The position numbers and the translations under genes are program-made. This document shows, in pieces, positions 52,323 through 64,000 of a DNA stretch of 64,000 nucleotides. A model generated the notes under the pieces. That model had not been told where the DNA came from, did not search any database, and worked only from the letters and a program-made list of their open reading frames with translations. The stretch comes from the human T2T-CHM13v2.0 reference genome, Homo sapiens, in the NCBI RefSeq assembly GCF_009914755.1, contig NC_060933.1. One strand, written 5' to 3'. Each line of letters starts with the position of its first letter. Within the stretch, counting starts at the first letter, position 1.

Positions 52323-52485
52323 CTAGCACCGTGCCTGAAACAATATAGTAGGTAATCAATGAAAGTTGCTCAACTGGTTCATAAATTGTGATCATCTACA
52401 TGTATACGATTTCCTAATTCTTCTAATATGTACTAATTTTGATTGGCAAACCAGGAGCAGATAACAAAATATAATTAATATGTGA
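52323..52485 (+). repeat. Dispersed direct duplication, copy B1 (probable donor; begins in an L2 3' end)
   Basis: About 12 substitutions and one 2-nt indel versus 53211-53375. Confidence 0.95.
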
Positions 52486-52679
52486 CAATTTTTTTTTAGA
52501 AAAACAAAAGAGAAGGCCCAACCCACTATTCTTTACACTTGTGATTAACTGTCACCATTATACAGGGGCCTACATATTTATCTCTAGATTTCACTAAAAG
52601 CAATCAAAGACCTGTCTGTAATGAATTCATACTCCTAACATCTTGCCCCCAAATTTGAGAAATACTATCTCTATTAATT

Positions 52680-53130
52680 TAACATTAGTTCAATGGCAAG
52701 TGACAGAATTTCCCTCATCCCCACCTATGAAATAGTGGCTTCAGCAAATTAGATGCTCTTTTCTTTCTGATTTATAAGTCTGGGAGTAAGTGATTCAGGG
52801 CTATGTTCTCAACAGTGTGAGTGACCTAGGTGTCTTCTATTTTGTTGTTCTGCTACGTATAACCTCTATCCCCAAGGTTGCCTTGAGATCCAAGATGTCC
52901 TTGGCTATCCAGCCTGTCTGCAGAAAAGCAGGAATAAAATGAGACGAAAAGGCATGCTCCCTTCTTTTAAGAAACTTTGAGAAATTGCACACAACACTTC
53001 AACTTACACGGCATTAGCTGGAGTTCAGACACATAGCCAGACTAGGTGCAAAAGAGACTAGTAAATATAATCTTATGTTCCCAGCTTAAAATGTAGGGTT
53101 CTGGTATAGAGGAAAATCAGGAGCATGGGA
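52680..53130 (-). mobile_element. MLT1-type LTR fragment
   Basis: gcaagtgacagaa...agtggctt...ccaagatg...acttcaacttacacggcattagctggagt. Confidence 0.55.
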
Positions 53131-53210
53131 GTCGTGGGAAACCATGTTGTATTTTCAAGTCATCTATAACCCTACCTTCCTGCAATGACCTCTCACCTCA
53201 GGAAATTCCA

Positions 53211-53375
53211 CTAGCAACGTGCCTGAAACATAATATAGTAGTTAACCAATGAAAGTTGCTCAATTGGTTCATCAATTGCGATCATTTACATTTATTCAAT
53301 TTCCTAATTCTTCTAATATGTACTAATTTTGATTGGTAACCCAGGAGCAGATAACAAAATATAATTAATATGTGA
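53211..53375 (+). repeat. Dispersed direct duplication, copy B2
   Basis: Matches 52323-52485; abuts the tail of an Alu. Confidence 0.95.
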
Positions 53376-53688
53376 TTTTTAAATTTTATTTATTTATTTA
53401 TTTTTTAGAGATGGAGTCTTGCTCTGTCGGCCAGGCTGGAGTGCAGTGGGGCAATCTTGGCTCACTGCAACCTCTGCCTCCCAGGTTCTATCAATTTTCC
53501 TGCCTCAGCCTCCTGAGTAGCTGGGACTACAAGCGCACGCTGCCACGCCCGACTAATTTTTTGTATTTTAGTAGAGACGGGGTTTCACCGTGTTGCCCAG
53601 GCTGGTCTTGAACTCCTGAGCTCAGGCAATTCGCCTGCCTTGGCATCCCAAAGTGCTGGGATTACAGGCGTGAGCCACCGCACCAGCC
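53376..53688 (-). mobile_element. AluS (variant with ctgagctcaggcaat)
   Basis: Full dimer with (ttta)n tail; no clear TSD. Confidence 0.93.
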
Positions 53689-55179
53689 CAAAATATTTTT
53701 TAAAATAATCACAGTCTATGCTATCTGTCTTAGAAACTAAATTTATTTTCTAATGTCAGATGATGTGCTTAAAGTATATTCTCTCTTAAAATGATAGACA
53801 CACTTGAGTGTACATAATCTTTTGAGGTGCTTTTTAGAAGACTGATTTCTAAATTATATCCACAAAGATTTGAATTCAGAAAGTCTAGGGTTGGGCTCAG
53901 GAATCTGAGAGACAGAGAGAGTTGAGGGAAACTGAGAAGCCAACCAAGGCTGACTTCCAAGTCTCTTGACTGTTAGAGACTATAGGAAAAGGAAAAGGAA
54001 CATACCTCGGTGAATACAATTGGGAACTTATTCCATTTGAAGTGCCTAAGGAATATCTGAGTGGCAATCAGCTATGTGGGCCTATGGTTCTAATACTCAA
54101 CACACAGAGAGAGAGAGTATGGATGGCTGCTGCCTGTTAATCTTAGGACCATCTCACATCAGGATGTTCCAGTAAAAACCTTTCTGATAAAGTGTGTCTA
54201 ATAATGAATCAATACAAATGTGAAAATGATCTTTTATTTTGGTCTTGTGGCTTAATTCCAAATAATTTGCTTCATGCTCCATCTTCACAAAAGGGTTTAG
54301 TCTAAATACTTGGAGAATTATTCGTAACAGCTCTAGTTTCAGGCTCCTCTGTTTGGCACTGGTTGGTGGTCCAGTTCCTTCCATCTGACCAAGATGTTAC
54401 AGCCTACTCCAAAAACTATGCCAGGGAGTGTTCTGAGACATAATTCCTATTCTGAGATTGAGATGGGCCTGTTTGGATGGGGTGCTAAAATGAAAGAAAT
54501 CCCAAATGCACAGCAAATCCATTTTTCCTGTACCCTAGTTATTGCATTTACAAAAACACTTGATTTTGCAGTTTTAAAGAGTGGAAGGTTTTTAAAGCAA
54601 CAGTAAAATCTAGAAGTCTCTTTAAGGAAAGGCCAAATATATTAGAGTGGGAAACAGTGTGCCATGCCTGTGAAGCTTGCAATTATACTTGGCTTTGCCT
54701 GGTGTTGAAAGTGACCAAAACTAATCAGGTCCAGAAGAGCATTCAGTAAAGCTGCTTTTCTGACTCTCTGCCTCTGCCCTTCCTGCTTCTGCTGCTGAGC
54801 AGATTGCAAGAGACTGGTGCCAACTCTACATTGCTTAATAATAATTCTCATTAGCATGCTGCCTTGGATGTGTACTGCAGAGCAAAATTTAGCTTCTCCT
54901 TGGTGTGAATCAAGAGAAGATCATGAAATTCTCAGAATGTGCAAAAGGTTTGAAGATCTTAGTATAGGGAACACCTTCGGATGTGCTTAGGAATCTCTTT
55001 TTTCTCTCCAACCAGGGTAGGATAGACAGAGAGGAATTTTAATACCAAATGGAGAACTTTGCGTTCTTTCTGCTTCTCCACATGCAGCCCCTGAGATTTC
55101 AATTGTCTGTGCCTTATTGAACACTCTGATACATTCCAAATGTCCATGGCCTGTCCAAGCTCAGGGCCCCTGTGGAGTG

Positions 55180-55470
55180 AATGCTATTAGCTTTGCTCTG
55201 TGCATTTGACCACAGGGCAGCAGGCCGCATGTACCTGCAGCTCCATGACTGTCCTGAGGTCGTTCACATTAGCTTTTGTTATGAAAGTGAACGAGATGCT
55301 GTTTACTCTCCTGCAGATGCCAGGGTGACTGGATGGCACTCTGAGGAGACACGCACAACCTTGTACATTCACAGCCTATTTAGCAGGGGCCGTATTTCCC
55401 ACAACGGCTTTCACATGCCATCTGCTGTCACATGATCCCACGTGCCAGGTCCTTATAAGAAATGTATTCG
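55180..55470. promoter_or_regulatory. Candidate enhancer core
   Basis: Repeat-free, locally CpG-retaining; TGTTTAC (FOX) ~55300, TTCCCACA (RBPJ) ~55396, GTCACATGAT (MiT/TFE) 55427-55436, CACGTG 55439-55444. Confidence 0.35.
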
Positions 55471-55968
55471 ATCACCCAGTTTCTCACTACTCCTTTAGAA
55501 ATGGCAAATTGAACTACTTACTAGTAGGTTTCACACTAAAGGAATTATGTGCATATCAAATGTAGTGAATTAAAAGGGTATTTTTATTGTCATTGCTGGC
55601 TGCAAAATGGCAATCACACACCCTCATGAAAAATTTGGAGAAGATATCAGAGTTAGTGGTTAACAGGAAAGATACTTAAATTTTTCGTGAATTTACTTCC
55701 CAACAGAATAACTACAAAACAAAATTTGAAGAGGAGTCCAAGGCATTTTCTGGTTCCATACTTTTTTCATTCTCCTGTTGGATACCATTTCTCCTGTCTG
55801 ATCCAATGCTGAGCTCAGTGGTAATGAAGTGCCACATTGTGAAAGGGTAAGAGAACTGGTACAAAGCGTACCAGGGAACAAATGAATTAGTACACCTGTC
55901 ACGTCTCACTCTTGAAGGATGGCACCTTCTTTGTTAATTGAAAAGAAATGTAAAATGGGAGAAATAGC

Positions 55969-56002
55969 AAAAAAAAAAAAAATATATATATATATATATA
56001 TA
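55969..56002 (+). repeat. (A)n(TA)n microsatellite
   Basis: A run followed directly by TA dinucleotides. Confidence 0.95.
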
Positions 56003-57099
56003 TTTCTGGCTCTTCTTTCTTTCTTCTCCTTCATGACCTATGACAGCATACTGTAATGTCTCCAAGTCTTGCATTTTCATATATTATTCTGATACTGTCT
56101 GCAGGGAGCCTAGAACGGGGCTGCCAGAGAGACAGTCTGTAATTGAAAGTTCTTTCAAGAGAAGGACTTCTATCAGGTCTGCTGAGGGAATAGGAGCTCC
56201 ACCTGCTGACTTTTTTATGTTTGCTGACTCTGAAAGAATGCAAAACATGAAGAAATTGAATGGTGTTATTTCTTTTGTAATTTCTCAGTGGAAATATTGT
56301 TTTCAAAATTATTGATAAGATGTACCAGTCTAACCAGGGCTTTCAAGAAGAAAATGCAATCTATAGCTTGTTTTAAGAGTGGGGATTATGTTGGCTTCCC
56401 TGGGCCAGTCTAAATAATTACTTTAATCTGGAACAACATATAAATTCATAAATTGTTGCCACCACGACTCTTAGGGAATCCTCGACTTTTCAAACATTGC
56501 CTCTCTCAGCCATAAATTTACACTGCGCCACTCGCCCATGTGTGTTTTGTTTTAAGAAGCTGTAGTCTCTTGTTACATGTAGTTTGGAAGAAATGCTAGA
56601 TGTTTTTGATCTAAAGAAGAAAGATCAAGTCCTAGTCAAACTTTAGTATTTTAAAGGGCATAGACATTATTTGAGTATATGTCGTCTGCGTTTCAGAAAG
56701 AAGCTATGCAGTTTTGTATAAAAGCCACATAAAACCATAAACTTGTCATTTGTCTTTTCCTTGATGGAAATTGCCACGAGGAAGCGTGGAATGCATTATC
56801 AACATGCTTGATTGATTAACTCCTGGGCCAATGGGATCATGAGGGCAGGTACACCTCCTCGCTCCTTACAACCTCAGTATTGTGGGTTTCATTTCTTATC
56901 TAGATTTTGTTCACTGACAAATAATAAGCTACATGACTGGCTGGATTCTACTGAAAAAAAAAAAAGGAACCTTTATTTATGGCTTGGGTTTTAGGCTTAG
57001 AAAGACACTTTCGCATTATTTTGTATATTAGCATTGTAAGTCCTTTTCTGTATTAATGTAAACCACTGGAAGTGGATACAGAAATCTCCTCTCAGGCCC

Positions 57100-57660
57100 T
57101 GTAACAGAATTGACTGTACCCAGATAATTCTTGTGGAGGGATTTGTTAGCTAGTTAGCCAGCTAGCTTTTTTGGTAGTCCTAATAAGCTTCCCCCAGATC
57201 TTTCTTCTGGTGATACACTATGTACTCCAGGAGCTGCCGCCTACTCATTCTTCAGGAGAGGTCACATGACCCAGAACTGTACCCATACTCTTGGTCCAAT
57301 CAGAGTTTCTCCCTGGGATCCATATATGCACAGTGAGAAACAGATGCCATCTCCTTCCTCAAATGTTGTTGAACCTCGGCTGCTTGTGGTCATGTTCTCT
57401 GCCACGTGGTGATAACCTGGCTGGAGTAGGAGAAACAGGCTAGTGCTCAAAGCAAAGTGAAAGGCTGACAGAGATGAGAGCTGCAGCAGGAGAGAAAAAG
57501 CCACGGCAGTGTTGACTGTCTTATTCCAGAGCCCAAGGCCCTGCTTCTTACAGCCCCTCCTTTGTTTCTGTGGGTTACCCTCATTGTCTCCCCATTTCTG
57601 GATTACACAAGTCTGTGATGGATTTCTGCTATTCACAACCAAAAGAGGCCTTACTATCAT
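57100..57660 (+). mobile_element. MLT1 (I/J-like) LTR
   Basis: ggtcacatgaccca...ggtccaatcagagt...tttctgctattcacaaccaaaagag. Confidence 0.6.
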
Positions 57661-58439
57661 TGCCTCGTAAAACAGAAATGAGAGTGATGCAATCAACAAT
57701 TAAATACTTACAGGTAAGGGAAGAGGCCTCATTTTCTTTATTGAGACTAGAATTATAAAGGATAGAGAAACAGAAACAGAAAAAAATTCTCTAGAGTATT
57801 AGATTACAACAATAACTAGCATTTGTGTAGTGCTCTACAGTTTTTAAAGTACTTCCATAATCATTTCTTTCATTTGACCCTCACAATAATTCTGCAAAAT
57901 GGAGAATACAGTGTATAATTATCCACATGTTGCCAACATAGCAGAATGGTGAATGGAAGTGCTTCCTGTGGTTCTGGAATTATAGTGAAGGCTCATGGAT
58001 GAAGACAAAGGATTCTGCATTTTGTGTTTTATATTTTGAGTCCAAGGGACCCCCAATTTGGGGGCCTAGCCACTTTCTCTACAGTTTTACTGGGAAGGGC
58101 CAGTTCAGAGAATCCACAAAATAAACTCCAAACCCAAAGGGAGTCAAGAAAATCTCATGTGAATATTGGGGCATCTACAAGAAGTGGAAGCTGGCATATC
58201 GTTCCCCAGCTAGACATCAGTTTCACCAGCAGACCTGCCTTCTTGACTCTAAACAGTCAGAGTACAGGAAAGGAAGATGGAGAGAGAGAACATGGAGTGG
58301 GAAACTAATGCTCAGAGAGGTTACTTTTTCAAGGCCACAAATAGAGTTAGCAGCTGATCTGAGGTTTGAAAATAACCACTGATGCTCACACAGCATGTGT
58401 CAGATCCATGGGGTAGGAGTCGGCCAGAGACTTGGTAAC

Positions 58440-58582
58440 AGACAGATTGCTGGATCCCACCCCTAGACTCTCTGATTCAGTTAGTTTGGGGTAAGGCGCA
58501 AGACTGAATTTTTCACAAGTTTCCCAGTGGTGCTGATACTTCTGGTCCAGGAACTTAGTGGGAGAGAACGACTAATCTAGAC
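58440..58582. mobile_element. MER5A hAT-Charlie MITE
   Basis: cagattgctggatcccacccctaga..tctgattcagt...caagtttcccag.ggtgctgatact. Confidence 0.8.
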
Positions 58583-59766
58583 CATTTCACTTCACATTCT
58601 GAGCTTCTTGTACACTGTCACACTGCATCCTTTTAACAATGCATTCCCTATCCTATTGCAATACTGACATCTCATCAATATTTTAAAACATGCGTTTTCA
58701 GAAACAATATTTTATATCAAATACTCACTTTTAGTAATATTTCTGCAATTTTGCCCTATGGATCTGAGATCTAACAAATACTATTCTGGACATGGGCTAC
58801 AACAGTTGAGGCTGGAAGTAAAAATGTTAAACCCTGCTGACCACGTTATTTTAAAGTGTATTTTAGTTAAGAATAATATGGCTTAGGAGCAGGGCTAAAC
58901 AGTAGCAGTACACATGGGGAATGATAACTTTGCTTTTGCACATAAAATGTACCTGAAGGGAAAAAATAAAGCAGAAAATAAACAAGATGAACTGAAAATA
59001 CTGTAACAAATGTTGGGCTGAAATACTGCCAGGCGTGGAGGTGTAGGAAAATGAACACACATTTTGGTGGCAAGGCACAAAACTGTTTAAATCCTTTTGC
59101 AGAAGTTTCTGAAAACTGTAATTTTGGCATGGATCCATGAGCAGAGTTATTGGGCTTATAATGTAGGCAAACCAACAATATCTGTAAGAATTGCCTTGTC
59201 CAGCCTTGGATGTTGCATAACTCCTGTAAAATATCACCTTCACATATGCCAAAGAATGGAACAGTGAAATAAATTCAGAAATTTTCTCTGTACAATAAAG
59301 AGATACCAGAAGGTGTGAATTCTCAATAAATGATAGCTTGCTTATGCTCTCTTAACAAAGTAATATTCCTACAAAGAACTAAGATTGATGTATTTGGGTA
59401 TGTATATTATTTTTCATTAAAATATTTTATTAAGTTTAGTTTACTATAAAATCTAAAACTGATAACTTCTGGTCAGTGTTGATGACAGAGTAGGTTTGGG
59501 GTGTGAGAAGCTAAGGTGCACATGTGTGGTAGTGACAAACCATTTTAAGAGAATGACATCCGAAATCTGAAACTTATTACTTAAAGGGCAGGGGTGCAGC
59601 AGGGGCCCCAAATACAGTTGTTCTGCAAAGAAATAAATGAAGTGATTGCTACCCTGGAGAATGTTCATATCAGCTTCACACTTCTGATGATAGTACTGAC
59701 GGACGATCAGGGTGAGGGAGGGATGAGGCCTGTGCTCTCCCCAACAGGTACTTCATGCCCCCTACC

Positions 59767-60099
59767 TGAAATGGTTTGGCTCTGTGAACCCACCCAATTC
59801 TCATTTCCTGTCAAGGGAGGGAACAGGTGGGAGGTGACTGGATCGTGGGGGCAGTTTCCCCCATGCTGTTCTCATGATAGTGAGGGAATTCTCATGAGAC
59901 CTGATGGTTTTAAAGTGGCAGTTTCCCCTGCCCACTCGTCTTCTGCCACCTTGTGATAAAGGCTTTGCCTTCCACAATGATTGTAAGTTTCCTGAAGCCT
60001 CCCAGCCATGCAGAACTGTAAGTCAGTTAAACCTCTTTCCTTTCTAAATTACCCGGTCTCAGGCAGTTCTTTATAGCACTGTGAAAATGGACTGATACA
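59767..60099 (+). mobile_element. MSTA solo LTR
   Basis: tgaaatggtttggctctgtg...ttctttatagcactgtgaaaatggactgataca; 5-bp TSD ctacc at 59762-59766 and 60100-60104. Confidence 0.9.
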
Positions 60100-60597
60100 C
60101 TACCTTTCTGACTGTAGGGCCAAGACCCAGCTTTACACAGAAGTTGAGAAGAAAGCCCCCTAACCCAGTGACAGAACTTTTTGTCTGTAAACCCTATCTG
60201 CAAAGTGGATTTTATAAGGTAGGATTTCTACATATTGAGTCATTTTTGGGGAGAAAAATAGAAAAAGAAATATAAGATTATAGGAAAAGAACATGAAGAA
60301 AGAAAGTATGTGAAAGTTGTGTACTGGTGAGGGAGTTTAAGTAATGCCTTTGATTCTCCAAAGTTTTCTCCTTTATCTGTGCCTAAGATGGAATATATAT
60401 ATATTTCTTACTAACTTCTAATCATCTCTATAGTGCCAAGAAATAGGTGTTATCACAATCTGATAGATAAGAAATTTTAAGGGTAGGGGCTCGCACACAA
60501 TTAATAAATGAACGAGCTTGGATTTAGAACCAGCTCTCTCAGATTCCAGAGCAACTGATGTTTCTACTGTACCATGTTGCTTTTATGTATGGGGGAA

Positions 60598-63500
60598 TTT
60601 TTTTCTTTTATTGATACATAATATTTTACATATTTGTGGGGCACATGTGAGTATTTCTTACATGCATAAATTGTGCAATGATCAAGTCAGGGTATTTGGA
60701 GTATCCACCACCTTGAGTATTTATCATTTCTATGTGTTGGTATCATTTCAAGTCCTCTCTTCTTAGTTACTTTGAAACACACAAAATAGTGTTGCTAAGT
60801 ACAGTCACCCTAGTTGGCTATCAGACACTAGAACTTTTTTCTTCTAGCTAACTATATGTTTGTACCCATTAATCAACCTCTCTTTATTCCCCCTCTCATC
60901 CACCCACTCTTCCCAGTCTCTGGTATCTGTCATTCTATTCTCTGTGTCCATGAAATAAAAATTTTTAACTTTCACATATGAGTGAGAATGTGAGGCATTT
61001 GTCTTCCTGTGCCTTAGCTATTTCACTTAACATAATGACCTCCAGTTCTATTCATGTTGGTGCAAATGACATGATTTTATTCTTTTTAATGGCCAAATAG
61101 TATTCCATTATGTATACACACATTTTTAAAATTCATTTGTCCATTGTTGGACACTTAGGTTGATTCCATGTCTTTACTGCTGTGAATAGTGCTGTGATAA
61201 ATGTGCGAATGTAGGTATCATTTTGATATGCTGACTTCTTTTCCTGTGGATAAATAGTAATGGGATTGGTGGGTCATATGGTAGTTCTATTTCCAGTTAT
61301 TTTTTAATTTCCATACTTCTTTCCATAGAAGTTGTACTAATTTACATTCCCACCAACAGTGTATAAGAGTTCCTTTTATTCCACATCCTCACCATTGTTG
61401 TTTTTTGTCTTTTATTTGTCATCATCTGTTGTTTTTTGTCTTTTTAATAATAGCCACTCTAACTGCAGTGTAATGATGTCTCATTGTGGTTTTGATTTGC
61501 ATTTCCCTGATAATTAGTGATGCTGAGCATTTTGTCATATACCTGGTGGCCATATGTATGTCTTATTTTGAGAAATGTCTATTTTTGTCCTTTTCCCATT
61601 TTTAGTGGGATTATTTATTGTCGGTTTTTTTTACTGTTGAGTTTCTTGTATGTTCTGAATATTAGTCACATAAAGGAGTTTACAAACATTTTCTCCCTTT
61701 CAAGATATTCTCTCCTCACTCTATTGACTGTTTCTTTTGCTGTGCAGAAGCTTTTTAGTTTGATATAGTCCCATTTGTCTCTTATTGTTTTTGCTGTCTA
61801 TGCTTTTGAGTTCTAGCCATAAAATCACTGCTTAGACCCATGTACTGAACAGCCCTATGTTTTCTTCTAGTAGTTTTATAGTTTCAGGTCTTACAGTTAA
61901 ATCTTTAATGAATCTTGAGTTGACTTTTGTATATGGTGAGAGATAGGTGTCCAGTTTCATCTTTCTGCATGAGATTATCCAGTTTTCCCAGCACCATTTA
62001 TTGAAGAGGATGTATTTTCCTTAATGTATATTCTTAATGGCTTTGTCGAAGATCAGTTGGCTATAAATTTGTGGATTTATTTGAGTTCTCTATTCTGTTT
62101 CATTGGTTTATGTGTCTATTTTTACACCAATACTATTTTGTTTTGGTTACTATAGCCTTGTGATATGTTTTCAGGTAATATGATGCTTCCAGGTATTTTT
62201 TTTTTTTTTTTACTCAGGATTGCTTTTTTATTTGGGCTCTTTTTTTGGTTCCATGTAAATTTTAGAATTTTTTTTTCTATTTCTATGAAAAATGATGTTG
62301 GTACTTTGATAGGGATTGCATAGAATCTGTAGACTGTTTTTTGGCAGTGTTTATCATATTAATGATAATTATTCTTCTGATTCATAAATATGGAATGTTT
62401 CCATTTGCTTGTGTCTTCGGTTTTTTTAATCAGTGTTTTGTAGTTTTCCTTGTAGATATATTTTACCTCTTTGGTTAAATTTATTCCTAGGTATTTTATT
62501 TTATTTTATTTGTGTAGTTATTGTAAATATGATTGCCTTTTTGATTTCTTTTTTGGGTTTCATTATTGGTGCATAGATACACTACTGATTGTTATGTGTT
62601 GATTTTGTATCCTGCAACTTTAGCAAATTTCTCAGTTCTAAGAGGCTTTTGATGGAAACTTTTGTTTTTTTTCTAAATATAAGGTCACATCATCTGCAAA
62701 GAAGAACAATTTGCCTTTTTCTTTTCCAATTTGGATGCCTTTTGTTTCTTTTTCTTGACTGATTACTCTGGCTAGAACTTCCAGTAGTATGTTGAATAGA
62801 AGTGGTGAAAGTCTGCATCTTTGACTTGTTCTAATTCTTAGAGCAGAGGCTTTCAACTTTTCCTCATTCAGTATGTTGTTAGCTGCGTGTTTGTCATTCT
62901 ATGCCTAGTTTGTTGACAGTTTTTATCATGAAGGGGTTTTGAATTTTATCAAATGCTTTTTCTGGGTGTATTGAGATGATCATATGGTTTTTGTCCTTCA
63001 TTCTATTGATGTGATATATCATGTTTATTGATTTGTATATGTGGAACCATCCTTGCATCCTTGGTATGCACTTGATTATGGTATATAATCATTTTGATGT
63101 GTTGTTGGGTTCAGTTTGCTAGTATTTTCTTGAGGATTTTTGCATCTATACTCATCAGGAATATTGGCCTGTAGTTTTCTTTTTTGTTGTGCTCTTGTCT
63201 AGTTTTGGTATCAGGGTGATGCTGGCATTGTCAAATGACTTAGGGCGAATTCCCCCCTCTTCAATTTTTTAGAATAGTTTCAGGAGGATTGGTATGAATT
63301 CTTCTTTATGTATTTGGTGGAATTATGCAGTGAATCCATCCGGTCTTGGGCTTTTCTTTTTTGGGAGACTTTTTATTACTGCTGCAATCTCACCACTCAT
63401 TATTAGTCTGTTCAGATTTCCTAGTTTCTAGGAATTTATCCATTTTCTCTAGGTTTTCCAGTTTGTTAGTATTCACAATAGTCTCTGATTATTTTTTTCA

Positions 63501-64000
63501 TTTCTCTGGTATCAGCTTTAATGTCTCTTTTCTCATTTCTGATTTTGTTTATTTGGGTCTTCTGTCTTCTTGGTTAGTCTACCTAGCGGTTTATCAATTT
63601 TGCTTACCTTTTCAAATAACCAATTTTTCATTTAATTCATCATTCTTTTTAGCCTCTATTTGGTTTAGTTCTGCTCTGATCTTTATTATTTCCATTCTTT
63701 TGCTAATTTTGAGTTAGGTTTATTCTGGTTTTTCTCATTCCTTGAGGTGCATTGTTAGATGATTTGAAATATTTCCCTTTTTTTGGATGTAGGTATTTGT
63801 TGTGGAAAATTTTCTCTTAGTGCTGCTTTTGCTGTATCACACAGGTTTTAGTATGGTATGTTGTGTTTCCATTGTCATTTGTTTCAAGAAATTTTTAAAT
63901 TATTTTAATTTCTTTATTGAGCCAATGGCCATTTAGAAGCATGTTCTTTAATTTTTATGTATTTGTATAGTTTCCAAAGTTTCTCTTGGTATTGATTTCT
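60598..64000 (-). mobile_element. L1MA2/3-like element running off the window end
   Basis: 3'UTR tttattgatacataatattttacatattt...gatcaagtcagggtatttgg; RT remnant 62638-62856 ([18 protein letters not shown]-like, FADD). Confidence 0.9.

Noticed and set aside
57262-57699. 145-aa minus ORF
   Set aside because: Overlaps an MLT1 LTR; no homology or supporting exon structure evident.
58863-59252. Three stacked minus-strand ORFs
   Set aside because: Low-complexity F/L/S/C-rich translations of the reverse of A-rich DNA; no recognisable domain.

Overview
AT-rich primate (very likely human) non-coding DNA with no CpG island and no recognisable protein-coding gene. Well over half of the window is interspersed repeat: Alu/FLAM, L1, L2, MIR, MaLR/ERV1/ERVL LTRs, a decayed ERVL internal region and hAT DNA transposons. 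A nested stack of minus-strand L1s fills about 13.4-37.7 kb and includes a full-length L1PA7/8-type element inserted inside an older, essentially full-length L1PA. A four-layer nest (MER45 > L1MA > 5'-inverted L1PA > AluSc) fills 47.2-51.7 kb. Nearly all listed ORFs are L1/Alu/LTR remnants or chance ORFs. The strong minus-strand L1 bias and a few short, well-formed + strand exon candidates (10902-10963, 41253-41290) suggest intronic sequence of a + strand transcript, probably a lncRNA or 5'UTR, which I cannot name. I see no convincing new multi-gene system. The best leads are: two short, non-tandem, locally templated duplications with inferable donor and recipient; an ORF0-like antisense L1 ORF ending on a splice donor that could fuse in frame to a downstream exon candidate; an exon candidate with splice signals on both strands; and a frame-preserving minus-strand exon candidate at 46808-46972. 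Repeat subfamily names are from memory of consensus sequences, and boundaries of old elements are approximate.
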